A stretch of DNA of 32,000 nt, taken from the NCBI RefSeq assembly GCF_019645815.1, contig NZ_CP080997.1, forward strand, positions 1,460,880 to 1,492,879, in the 5' to 3' direction. Position 1 is the first letter of the stretch. Each line of letters opens with the position of its first letter. Below, one piece after another: positions 8,068 through 16,850 of this stretch. The position numbers and the translations under genes were made by a program. The notes under the pieces are model-generated. The model made no database searches and had not been told where the DNA came from. It saw nothing but the letters and a program-made list of their open reading frames with translations. This DNA comes from Mycolicibacter heraklionensis. GTDB taxonomy: Bacteria > Actinomycetota > Actinomycetes > Mycobacteriales > Mycobacteriaceae.

Positions 8068-8428
8068 GTTCGACTTCTTGCTGCTGGACATCCTTAACAG
8101 GGAGCCTGGTGGGTGGGCGCGGATGGGTGACTTGGCACAGGAGTTGATGGTCAATCGCAGTCGGATCAGCCAACAGGTTCGGCGACTGGAGTCGCAAGGG
8201 TTGGTGCGCCGCGCCCGCAGCACGATGGATTTGCGAGGTGTGGTCGCCGTCATCACCCGCCAGGGGCGGGCGAAGGTCAAGCCTGCCGCGGAGGCGTATG
8301 CACAGGATGTCCGCAGGTACTACCTCGATCAGATGTCGCGTCGGCAGATGATCGCGATGGGCGACGGGTGTCGTCGGATCACTCAGCGGGCGAAGGCTGC
8401 GGAGCCGCCAGGGTTTGAGCTGCTCTGA
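8068..8428 (+). pseudogene. MarR-family regulator, 3' half, downstream of the IS insertion
   Basis: ...FDFLLLDILNREPGGWARMGDLAQELMVNRSRISQQVRRLESQGLVRRARSTMDLRGV... continues the 6454-6689 reading frame once the IS is removed. Confidence 0.8.
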
Positions 8429-9003
8429 GCCCGGTTGGTTCATCCTGTTCGCTTATCTAAATATTACTTCAATACGACGGCTAGCTCCTGGCCTGTGACT
8501 AATGCCCAGGCGCGCTGCGCTGCTGGTTGTGGTGCTTTTCGCGAATTACTTGTGCCTTGCGTGCGCACTGTCAATGGGTCCTGCAGCGGTTTGCCATGCG
8601 GAGACCGTGAGGGCGGCAGCGCGGAGGCGACGATCCGTCAGATACTCGACGCGTGTCAAATGCTCACTCAGGAAATAGTTGCAGGTCATGAGTCTATAAC
8701 GCGTCCCGTCCCGGTCGTCGTCAGATTTATGAACGTGTTCTAATCAATTTCCATAATATTTCCAAATGCAATTGTGTCGATCGCAAGTATATGTTGCTGG
8801 AGTCCCTGATGATGGGGGCTGATCAGCTATTTTCGCTCATTATTGGATTGCGGAGAATCGCCAGCCGCGAACGGATCATTCAACCACGCCCGAAACCTGT
8901 AGGAACCTGAGTTCTTCTGAGGTAATTTCTCATTTCGGCCCACATAAAGGGCCTTTCGAACCTTGTACCCGTTGAACTGAAGGTGAGCTCTGAGGAGATG
9001 GCA

Positions 9004-10095
9004 ATGCCGTTAGCAATTCGTCCCTACGCCACCGCCGGTGTCGCGATCGTGGGCGCCGGCCTCGTCGCAGTCACACCGGCGGCCGCGCCACTGCCCGAAC
9101 GGGTCGATACCGCGTCCCCTGTCGTGCAGCTCACCGGGGCGTGGGAGGACGTGTTCAACGCCGCCTCGGCGAATCTGACCACGATGATGAACAACTGGTA
9201 TCTGGCTCCCAGTGTGGGGATGCAGCAGTTCATGGCCAACCAGATGGGCTACTGGGACCAACTGCTCAACGACCCGGCCGGCTCCACCAACGCGATCAAC
9301 GAGCAGATCCAGCTGTATCTCAATGCGGTGATCACCGGGTTCACGATGCAGGACATGACCGCCGAAACCCGCGCCACGGTCCTCAACCACGCCATGGACG
9401 ACGCCCATAACCTGATGTTTGGGCAGGTCGCAGGCTACTTGCCGCCCGATATCGACCCCAACATGGTCCTGCCGATCATCGACTGGTTGGGCTCTCCACA
9501 AAGTGCGGTCCTAATGGGGATGCTGGGCCCGGGCATCAGTCCGTGGATCGCGTTGATGAACAGCATCACCGACGGTGACAGCTTCGGCGACACCCTGACG
9601 AATATGGGCGGGGCCTTCTTCAACGGCGCCACTCTCAACCTGGATGCGCTGTTGCCGATGATCAACGATGCCGGGTTCTTCCCGGCCGGGATGACCATGG
9701 AGCATCTGGACTTCGCATTCGGCGGGCTGCTGAGCACCGGCGCGGCGCAGGTCGGCCCCTATGAGGTGCTCGGTGCGGGCGGTCAGATCGCGGCTTCGGT
9801 CCCTGCGGTCGGTGGCTCGCTCTTCCAAAGTGTCGGCTTGGAGTTCAGCGGGGTTCCCATCCTTGGCACGCTCGAGTTGGACAGCGCCGCGATCGGCCCG
9901 ATCGCGGCCTGGCAGGCCTGGGGACAAACTGTCGGGGCGCTGCTGGGTTCGGGTTGGGACGGCAAGGGCGCGGTCGTGGTGACCCCACCGTTGGCCGGAA
10001 CCGATCTGCCGCTGCTGGCTACCGATGCCCTTGATGACGGCGGCATGAGTGCGGCAGCGACCGACTGGCTGCAGGACCTGTTCACCGCGTCCTAA
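9004..10095 (+). CDS. Exported/envelope protein of unknown function with N-terminal hydrophobic anchor
   Basis: The ORF is 8983..10095. I prefer ATG 9004, which lies 6 nt after GAGGAG (8992-8997). The N-terminus is MPLAIRPYATAGVAIVGAGLVAVTPAAAPLP. The rest is Gly/Ala/Leu/Met-rich with no motif I can name. Confidence 0.65.
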   Translation: MPLAIRPYATAGVAIVGAGLVAVTPAAAPLPERVDTASPVVQLTGAWEDVFNAASANLTTMMNNWYLAPSVGMQQFMANQMGYWDQLLNDPAGSTNAINEQIQLYLNAVITGFTMQDMTAETRATVLNHAMDDAHNLMFGQVAGYLPPDIDPNMVLPIIDWLGSPQSAVLMGMLGPGISPWIALMNSITDGDSFGDTLTNMGGAFFNGATLNLDALLPMINDAGFFPAGMTMEHLDFAFGGLLSTGAAQVGPYEVLGAGGQIAASVPAVGGSLFQSVGLEFSGVPILGTLELDSAAIGPIAAWQAWGQTVGALLGSGWDGKGAVVVTPPLAGTDLPLLATDALDDGGMSAAATDWLQDLFTAS

Positions 10096-10143
10096 TCGAC
10101 TCCGCCCCTATCTTCGTTGCCCACTATGACTTTTCAGAGAGGT

Positions 10144-12951
10144 ATGCACACCATGAGTCGTCGTCACACCACCAACAAATCGGAATCCCGGCGCCACGCA
10201 CGGGTGCTCGGAGCCGGTAGCGCTGCCGGTGCGTTCCTGGCCTTCGGCATGGCCCCGCTGACTTCCGCGCCACCGGCCCAGGCCGATGGGCTCGATTGGC
10301 TGGCGGACCTGTTCGACCCGTCGGCGTGGGTGGCTGCCGACCCCACCGACACTGTGGGCGGATGGGACTTCGGTGCCTGGCTAACACCCTCGTTGGGTGC
10401 AGCCGATGCCGGTGACCCGGGTGGTTGGGCCACGATGATTGATCAGTGGATCTACACCCCAATACACACGTCCTTGGAGAGCTGGATCAACAGTGATTTC
10501 GGTGCAATGGTCAACGGTGCCATCAACACCGTGGCCGGCCAATTCCTCATCGGCGACGGCGCCGATGGCACCGAACTGAACCCTGACGGTGGGGCCGGCG
10601 GACTGTGGTTCGGCGACGGCGGCGATGGCTGGAACTCCGATGTCGCCGGCATTGCCGGCGGCAACGGCGGCAACGCCTCCGGCTGGCTCGGCGACGGCGG
10701 TGCCGGCGGTGGCGGCGGGGCCGGTGTTGCCGGTGCCCAGGGTGGCGCCGGCGGGGCCGGTGGCGCAGGTGGCTTGTGGATGGGCAACGGTGGGGCGGGC
10801 GGCGCGGGTGGCGACGGGGCGCCCGATTCCGGGGCCCAGGGCGGCGCGGGTGGACTCGGCGGTGACGCGTCCGCCTGGCTGTTCGGCAACGGCGGGGCCG
10901 GCGGCAACGGCGGGGCCGGCGCCGACGGCGCTCTAGGCACCTTCGCCGATGGTGGCAGCGGCGACGGCGGCTGGGGCGGCTGGGGCGGCATTGGCGGCTC
11001 CGGCGGGCGCAGCGCGTTCATGTTCGGCAACGGCGGCAACGGCGGTGCCGCTGGGGTCGGCGGTAACGGCGGTGACGGTGCTAGCGGAACCGCCGACCAC
11101 GTCGACGGCGGCAACGGCGGGCGGGGCGGCACGGGCGGCGTTTCGAACGGCACCGGCGGAGCTAGAGGTTCCAGCTACTTTAGCGGCGCGTGGTTTGGCC
11201 ACGCCGGGCAGGACGGTGCCTTCGGTGAAGGTGACATCGGCGCTGCCGGCGGTGCCGGTGGTAACGGCGGTGACGCCTACCAAGACGGCGCTGGCAACTA
11301 CCTCGGCAACGGCGGTGCTGGCGGCGTCGGCTCGTCGGGTAGCAGCGGCTACATCGGTGGTGCCGGTGGTGCAGGTGGTGCCGGTGGTGCTGGTCTCAAC
11401 GGTGGCAGCGGTGGAGCGGGCGGCACCGGGGGCCAGGCCAATTCCGGCTACACCGGTGGAGCGGGTGGAGATGGTGGCACCGGCGGTGACGCCACCGATG
11501 GCATTGCCGGCAAAGGCGGTAACGGCGGTGACGGTGGCCAAGGCGCTGCCACCGGTGGCGCGGCGGGTGCCGGGGGAAATGGGGGCAATGGCGCAACCGG
11601 TGATGACACCGTCAAGACCACGGGCGGTAACGGCGGTAACGGAGGCAGGTCTGGCTTCAGTAGCACCGGGTCCGCTGTTGTCGGCGGGCGCGCTGGGGAC
11701 GGCGGCACCGCGACGTTCCAGGGTGGTAACGGCGGTAACGGCGGTGCCAGTGGTGGCGGCTTGTCCGATGGCGCCATCGGCGCCAATGGTGGCGCCGGTG
11801 GTAACGCCACCGGCTGGGACAACGGCGCCGGCACCTTCAGCCGCGGCGGCAACGGCGGTAACGGCGGTGCAAGCGGTCAGGGCACCGCGCCTGTTGTCGG
11901 CAGTGCCGGCGGCGACGGGGGTGACGGCGCTGACAGCGGCGTGAGCGTCGGCGGTAACGGTGGTAACGGCGGCGCTGCCAACAGTGTCACTACCGAAGGA
12001 GCGACTGGGGCCGCCGGCGGTACTGGCGGCGCCGGTGGCGATGGCACAGCGTCCGGTGGCAACGGCGGAAGCGGCGGTGTGGGCGGAAGCGGCCTTGTCG
12101 GTGGCGTTGGCGGTGCCGGAGGTGCCGGCGGTAGCAGCGGCGGGACGACGATACCGACCAACAACCCCTTGGGTCTTCAGGCCGGCAGTGAGCACGCGGG
12201 TGCCGGTGGCCAGGGCGGTACCGGTGGGCGCGGCTCCGACGCCGCCGGTATCGGTGGTGTCGGCGGTCACGGCGGTGAGGGTACTGACGCGGTCGACGGC
12301 GGAACCGGCGGGATCGGCGGGACCGGCGGACCTGGCGTGGCTGGCGGGACTGGCGCGGCCGGCGGTGTGGGTGGTGTTGGAGGTGCGGCGACGGGCACCG
12401 GTAACGGCGGTGCTGGCGGTAAGGGCGGCACCGGTGGGGCCGGCGTGAACGGCACCTATGGTGGCAACTCCACTACCGCGCCAGGCACTGACGGCGGTGA
12501 CGGCGGGACTGCCGGCATCGGCGGCCAAGGTGGCGCGGGCGGCACCGCGATCAGCGGTGATGGCGGGCAGGGCGGTGCCGGCGGTGTCGGCGGCACGGGC
12601 GGCACGGGAGGCCGTGGCGGGTTCGGCGGTGTCGACGCTGACGGCAATGCCTTTGACGGTGGTAACGGCGGGACCGGCGGGACCGGCGGGACCGGCGGCA
12701 ACGGTGGCATGGGTGGCACAAGCACCAGCGGCAACCAGGGCGGCGGTGGCGACGGCGGCAACGGCGGCGTCGGTGGCACCGGCGGCAACGGCAACAGGGC
12801 TGGAATCCCCACTGGCACCGGTACTACCGGGCAGCCTGGTGATGGTGGTGCTGGAGGTCCCGGCGGCAGCGCCGGTACCGGCGGCACTGGCACACCCGAC
12901 GGCGGCCCCGGTGTCGGCGGGAGCACCGGCAAAGCTGGCAATCCCGGCTGA
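10144..12951 (+). CDS. Secreted PGRS-like glycine-repeat protein lacking a PE domain
   Basis: The ORF is 10117..12951. Likely starts are ATG 10144 or 10153, after cagagagg. The signal-peptide-like N-terminus is [35 protein letters not shown]. About 110 aa of Trp/Asp-rich module follows, then roughly 800 aa of GGAGG/GGNGG repeats. Confidence 0.85.
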   Translation: MHTMSRRHTTNKSESRRHARVLGAGSAAGAFLAFGMAPLTSAPPAQADGLDWLADLFDPSAWVAADPTDTVGGWDFGAWLTPSLGAADAGDPGGWATMIDQWIYTPIHTSLESWINSDFGAMVNGAINTVAGQFLIGDGADGTELNPDGGAGGLWFGDGGDGWNSDVAGIAGGNGGNASGWLGDGGAGGGGGAGVAGAQGGAGGAGGAGGLWMGNGGAGGAGGDGAPDSGAQGGAGGLGGDASAWLFGNGGAGGNGGAGADGALGTFADGGSGDGGWGGWGGIGGSGGRSAFMFGNGGNGGAAGVGGNGGDGASGTADHVDGGNGGRGGTGGVSNGTGGARGSSYFSGAWFGHAGQDGAFGEGDIGAAGGAGGNGGDAYQDGAGNYLGNGGAGGVGSSGSSGYIGGAGGAGGAGGAGLNGGSGGAGGTGGQANSGYTGGAGGDGGTGGDATDGIAGKGGNGGDGGQGAATGGAAGAGGNGGNGATGDDTVKTTGGNGGNGGRSGFSSTGSAVVGGRAGDGGTATFQGGNGGNGGASGGGLSDGAIGANGGAGGNATGWDNGAGTFSRGGNGGNGGASGQGTAPVVGSAGGDGGDGADSGVSVGGNGGNGGAANSVTTEGATGAAGGTGGAGGDGTASGGNGGSGGVGGSGLVGGVGGAGGAGGSSGGTTIPTNNPLGLQAGSEHAGAGGQGGTGGRGSDAAGIGGVGGHGGEGTDAVDGGTGGIGGTGGPGVAGGTGAAGGVGGVGGAATGTGNGGAGGKGGTGGAGVNGTYGGNSTTAPGTDGGDGGTAGIGGQGGAGGTAISGDGGQGGAGGVGGTGGTGGRGGFGGVDADGNAFDGGNGGTGGTGGTGGNGGMGGTSTSGNQGGGGDGGNGGVGGTGGNGNRAGIPTGTGTTGQPGDGGAGGPGGSAGTGGTGTPDGGPGVGGSTGKAGNPG

Positions 12952-13040
12952 CCCCGGCGGGTCGTAGATCGCCGATCGCGGTCGTCGGTTCCGCTAAGGG
13001 CCCGGCGACCGCGGTCGTATCCGAGAGACGCGAGGACATC

Positions 13041-13285
13041 ATGCCCACCGCACATACCCTGGTTGACCTATTGCGCCGGCAGGCCGAACGTTATCGCGGC
13101 AAGGTGGCGTTCAGCTTCTCCTACAACGGTGACGGTGAAGACGAAGGCCGGCTGAGGTATCGCGAGTTGGACGTCATGGACCGGGCGATCGCGGCGGATC
13201 TGCGTGGTTCGGGGTCCAAACTCTGCGCGGGCGGCCGTGTTCCCGGACGACATACCGGCAAGATTGCCGGTTTTTCGCGCGCTCG
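13041..13285 (+). pseudogene. Fatty-acyl-AMP ligase (FadD/FAAL-type) N-terminal fragment
   Basis: MPTAHTLVDLLRRQAERYRGKVAFSFSYNGDGEDEGRLRYRELDVMDRAIAADLRG is a typical FAAL N-terminus. The reading shifts frame near 13210 (ARAAVFPDDIPARLPVFRALAAE) and ends at the GNAT gene. Confidence 0.6.
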
Positions 13286-13294
13286 CCGCGGAAT

Positions 13295-13802
13295 TCAGCA
13301 GAGCCCGACGTCGGCCTGGATGTCGCCGAGTTTGCGAACCATGCGCAGGGACGGTTCGGCCGGCGAACGGAGGAAGCCGTAGTGCTCGCAGAACCGGGCA
13401 GCGTCATCATCGATGGCGTCGACCACGAGGTAACGGGCCGCGACGGTACGCGTGGCGGCCAATACGCGGTGGTAGGCGCCGAACAGCAACTGCCCACCCA
13501 AACCCCGTCCGTGCAGTCGCCTGTCGAGTGCCAGCTTGCCCAGCAGTACCGCCGGGATGCGCTCGGGCATGCCGCGGGCGAGACGGCGCGGCAGGTCGGC
13601 CGCCACGATCTCGTGCGTCGACAGGGTGAAGTAGGCCAGCACGGCAGCATGGCCTTCCTCTGTCCACACAAATGCCCGAGCGGTGCGTTTGGCCTGTGCG
13701 GTGGCGGCATGTCGGGCGAGCCACGTGGTGAGCGTCGGCTGCCCGCAATCGAGCGGTCTCGACGGTGAACCGTTCGTCGTACGTGGAGCAGACGAACACC
13801 AC
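13295..13802 (-). pseudogene. GNAT-family acetyltransferase toxin (TacT-like), frameshifted, with no cognate antitoxin
   Basis: The C-terminal 124 aa (13295-13669) carry IPAVLLGKLALDRRLHGRGLGGQLL and ARYLVVDAIDDDAARFCEHYGF. The same frame continues upstream as PLDCGQPTLTTWLARHAATAQAKRTARAFV with no start codon. A possible start, MVFVCSTYDERFTVETAR, lies in a different frame at 13802. Confidence 0.6.
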
Positions 13803-13885
13803 CGGGCTCAGTCGTGCCGGGAGACGCGCGGCGAGCGGGCAACCCGCCGCATCGCCTCGTTCGGCTCTGGCGGCTGGGACAACGA

Positions 13886-14179
13886 TGTCACCCCGCGTTT
13901 CTCTCGGGGCGCAGTGCGGTCTTTGCGGTCACGCCGGAATCGGGTGCCGCGGAGCTCGTTATGGTGCAGGAGGTGGATCGCGAACGAGTCACCGAAGGCG
14001 ATCTCACCGAGATGGTGGACGCAGTGCAGGCCGCGCTCGCCTCGCACCACGGGATTCAGGCGGACTCAATAGGCCTGGTGCAGCCGCGGAGCATTCCCGT
14101 CACCTCCAGCGGCAAAGTCCAACGCGGCGTATGTCGGCAACAGTTCCTCGATCGTGGCTGTCCGACGGTGGCCGAATGA
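13886..14179 (+). pseudogene. Fatty-acyl-AMP ligase C-terminal fragment
   Basis: ...GRSAVFAVTPESGAAELVMVQEVDRERV...GIQADSIGLVQPRSIPVTSSGKVQRGVCRQQFLDRG matches the conserved C-terminal subdomain of adenylate-forming enzymes (TSSGK-x-x-R). Confidence 0.65.
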
Positions 14180-14335
14180 CACGCACCGCGGCAGCCCACC
14201 CCGGCCGGGATCCTGGAGCAGGCCGCTGTGGCCAACATCGTCCAACAATCATTGGTTCGCTAGGCATCCCGTCAAATCGGACTACTGCCGAGACCGGCGG
14301 TGACCCGAATCGTGCCTACCGCTCGAAATCGCTGC

Positions 14336-14827
14336 CTACTGCTCGGGGTCGGTGAATGCTGCGCCGATCTGTCGGCAGCTCTCACCCAACGCTGCGATCT
14401 GCGGCCGTGACAGGTGCCCGAGGAACTCGGATCTAACCGCTTCGGCATAGGTAACGTTGGCTTTTTGCAACATCTTTCGACCCTTGTCGGTGCTGGTGGC
14501 TACTACCACACGCCGGTCGCCCGGACGTGGTGTTCGCAGCACCAGCCCTTCGTCTTCAAGTCGGCTGATATGCCTGGTTATACGGCTTGGGTGGGACAGC
14601 AGTGCCTCAGCGAGATCGCCCATTCTGGCACCGTCGACAGGTGAATCACGCAGGATGGCCAGGATTTTCACATCGGCCAGCGTCAACTGGTGTGCGTCCA
14701 TCAATTTCCGATTCAAGGCCCCGAACATGCCCATGGTGGTCGTCAAGAAATTCTGCCAGGACCGCTGCTCAGCGATGTCTAGGCCTGGCATGGCGCTGGC
14801 GGTCCGCCGGACGTTGCGCCTCATCAT
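14336..14827 (-). CDS. MarR-family transcriptional regulator
   Basis: 163 aa: MPGLDIAEQRSWQNFL...AHQLTLADVKILAIL...LLSHPSRITRHISRLEDEGLVLRTPRPGDRR. Confidence 0.85.
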   Translation of the reverse strand: MMRRNVRRTASAMPGLDIAEQRSWQNFLTTTMGMFGALNRKLMDAHQLTLADVKILAILRDSPVDGARMGDLAEALLSHPSRITRHISRLEDEGLVLRTPRPGDRRVVVATSTDKGRKMLQKANVTYAEAVRSEFLGHLSRPQIAALGESCRQIGAAFTDPEQ

Positions 14828-14861
14828 GAGGCATGATCCTATGTGACAGTTTGCGTTTCGG

Positions 14862-14894
14862 CATCAATTTCACTCAAGAACTTCGAAATTGATG
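14862..14894. promoter_or_regulatory. Candidate MarR operator: 10-bp perfect inverted repeat CATCAATTTC-N13-GAAATTGATG
   Basis: Read directly. It lies 35-67 bp upstream of the MarR start at 14827. Confidence 0.35.
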
Positions 14895-14979
14895 ACGGCG
14901 ACGACAAATTCTCAGTGCCGCACAGGAAAATCGGTCAGTGCTGCCCGATTCGGTTGGCGCGCGGTGCCGCTCACCCGCC

Positions 14980-15501
14980 TCACGATGGTTGCCGCGGTGT
15001 GGTGCGCGTGGGGGCGTTGGCCAGCTCCCGCAGCTCCGCAACCGCCTGCGTCGCCGTCGGCGCGCTGTCGGGATCGATGAGCGACTGAATCATCATGCCC
15101 AGCACCACCGCCAGTGCGACGGAGCCGCCCAGTTCCTCGCGAGCACGCTCCTGGCCTTCGGCTAGGCGCGCGCGCAGTTCGTCGTTGCGTTGGGCTTGCA
15201 CGATCGCTTCCAGGTGCGAGGTCCACAGTGCCTTGTCGGTGGTGAAGGACTCCAGCACCGCCTGCCATCGCTCCACGGCCGTGGCCGCCGGCTGCCCGTT
15301 GGGGGACATGCGGGCATCGAGTTCGTCGAGCTCTTCGAAGAGGGCCTGCACCAGCAGGCGTTCGCGGCTGCCGAAGTGATAGCCGATGGCGGCGTGGCTG
15401 ACGCCGGCCGCCGCGGCGATGTCGCGCACCGTCGTGTTCGCCCAGCCTCGTTCGACGAGGCAGCGCTTGGCGCCCTCCAGCAGATCCTCACGGTTGCCCA
15501 T
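14980..15501 (-). CDS. TetR/AcrR-family transcriptional regulator (copy 2)
   Basis: Two substitutions relative to copy 1 across the first 160 aa. After ...AELRELA the C-terminal tail differs (NAPTRTTPRQPS versus GEGKRESRRA) because the duplication boundary falls there. Confidence 0.9.
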   Translation of the reverse strand: MGNREDLLEGAKRCLVERGWANTTVRDIAAAAGVSHAAIGYHFGSRERLLVQALFEELDELDARMSPNGQPAATAVERWQAVLESFTTDKALWTSHLEAIVQAQRNDELRARLAEGQERAREELGGSVALAVVLGMMIQSLIDPDSAPTATQAVAELRELANAPTRTTPRQPS

Positions 15502-15537
15502 GAAGGCAGGTTAGCCAGGGCGAGAGCAGTTGCACAA

Positions 15538-15563
15538 ATGGATTGACCATATGGATTGACCAT
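15538..15563. promoter_or_regulatory. Candidate TetR operator (tandem ATGGATTGACCAT x2), copy 2
   Basis: Identical to 933-958. Confidence 0.45.
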
Positions 15564-15639
15564 TTGGACAAATCGGGAGTACGGTACTGACACCAACGGA
15601 TCCCGCCGGGGGTTCCGCAGAGAGCAGGAGGTGCCGGTT

Positions 15640-16809
15640 ATGGCGCACGAAGTCGTCGAGCGCGTCGAGAAGATCGCCGCCCAGCTGGCGGACACCGCCG
15701 AAGACAGCGAACGCCTGGGCAAGCTCTCGCAGCAGTCGGTGGCGCTGATTCGCGAAGCCGGCGTGATGCGGATGCTGCAGCCGACCGACTTCGGCGGTTA
15801 CGCCGCCCACCCGCGCGACTTCGCCGAGGCGGTCATGGCGGTGGCCAAGCACTGCGGCTCCACCGGCTGGGTGTGCGGCGTCGGGGGAGTGCACCCCTGG
15901 GAGATGGCGCTGATGGACCGCCGGCTGCAAGCCGAGATCTGGGCCGAGAATCCCGACACCTGGATCGCGTCCCCCTATGCCGCACAAGGCGTCGCGACTC
16001 CGGTCGAGGGCGGCTATCGGTTGACCGGGCGGTGGAACTTCTCCTCGGGCACCGATCACTGCGACTGGATCTTCCTCGGTGCGCGCGTCGCGGAGACCAT
16101 GCCGCCCAAGGTCTTACACGTCGTCTTGCCGCGCGCCGACTACACCATCGTCGAGGACTCCTGGGATGTCATCGGCCTGTCGGGCACCGGCAGCAAGGAC
16201 ATCATCGTCGACGGCGCCTTCATCCCGGATTACCGCACCATCGACTTCGAGCACGTCGCCTCCGGCGCGAGCGCTGCCGAGGCGGCCGGTCGCACCGAGC
16301 CCCTCTACAAGCTGCCGTTCTGGACGATGTTCCCGCTCGGGATCACCTCCGCGCTCATCGGGATCACCGAGGGCGCACTGGCTGCCCACCTGGACTATCA
16401 GCGCGACCGGGTCGCCGCCACCGGCACCAAGATCAAGGACGACCCGTACGTGCTCTACGCGATCTCGGAGGCCGCCGCGGACATCGCCGCCTCACGCGTG
16501 CAACTCCTGGACGGCATCAGCAGAATGTACGACCTCGCCGATGCTGGCAAGGAGATCAGCTTCGAGGATCGCTCGCTGGTGCGGCGCAACCAGATTCGCT
16601 GCGCCTGGCGGGCCGTGGCCGCCGCCGATGCGATCTTCGCCCGCTCCGGGGGCAACGCCGCGCGCCGGAACAATCCGCTGCAGCGGTTCTGGCGCGACGC
16701 CCACGTCGGGCTGGGGCACGCTATCCAGACCCCGGGGAGCATCTATCACTCCAGTGCCCTGACGGTCATGGGAGTGGAGCCGTCGCCGGCGTTGCGGGCG
16801 ATGATCTGA
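15640..16809 (+). CDS. HsaA-like flavin-dependent monooxygenase, oxygenase component, copy 2
   Basis: 10 amino-acid differences from copy 1 over 389 aa. Same RBS and ATG context. Confidence 0.85.
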   Translation: MAHEVVERVEKIAAQLADTAEDSERLGKLSQQSVALIREAGVMRMLQPTDFGGYAAHPRDFAEAVMAVAKHCGSTGWVCGVGGVHPWEMALMDRRLQAEIWAENPDTWIASPYAAQGVATPVEGGYRLTGRWNFSSGTDHCDWIFLGARVAETMPPKVLHVVLPRADYTIVEDSWDVIGLSGTGSKDIIVDGAFIPDYRTIDFEHVASGASAAEAAGRTEPLYKLPFWTMFPLGITSALIGITEGALAAHLDYQRDRVAATGTKIKDDPYVLYAISEAAADIAASRVQLLDGISRMYDLADAGKEISFEDRSLVRRNQIRCAWRAVAAADAIFARSGGNAARRNNPLQRFWRDAHVGLGHAIQTPGSIYHSSALTVMGVEPSPALRAMI

Positions 16810-16850
16810 CGGGTGAGACTGTTCTGGCTCTACCTACTTCAGGACTTTCT

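Larger units (their letters stand above)
15020..16811. repeat. Segmental duplication, copy 2 of the TetR + monooxygenase cassette
   Basis: See 415..2206. Confidence 0.9.

Noticed and set aside
6687-8070. A clean 3-bp target-site duplication for the IS element
   Set aside because: The flanks are GTG and GTT, a 2/3 match. This is suggestive, and removing one copy restores the MarR frame, but it is not an exact duplication. I did not annotate it as a feature.
8435-8743. A 102-aa ORF after the split MarR gene
   Set aside because: It is Cys-rich with no motif or RBS and lies in a GC-poor spacer. It is probably non-coding upstream region of the 9004 gene.
10560-12940. The repetitive DNA as a possible CRISPR array or tandem-repeat locus
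   Set aside because: The repeats are degenerate 9-15 nt glycine-codon units inside one long ORF. There is no alternation of conserved direct repeats and unique spacers, and there are no cas genes.
10144-12951. Calling the glycine-repeat protein PE_PGRS
   Set aside because: The N-terminus has no PE-domain features: no MSF..PE start and no YxxxD/E export motif region. It has a signal-peptide-like sequence instead. I therefore labelled it PGRS-like only.
10452-13055. Long minus-strand ORFs (233, 531, 134, 199 aa, etc.) and alternative plus-frame ORFs across the glycine-repeat gene, which translate as Pro-, Ala- or Arg-rich proteins
   Set aside because: They are mirror or shifted frames of GGC/GGT-rich repeat DNA (GGN read in reverse gives Pro/Ala). 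They have no independent start context or motifs. Only the + frame, with its signal peptide and GGxGG repeats, is coherent.
13808-14050. An 80-aa minus-strand ORF as the missing antitoxin of the GNAT pseudogene
   Set aside because: It has no DUF1778/RHH signature. The region is better explained by the FAAL C-terminal fragment on the plus strand.
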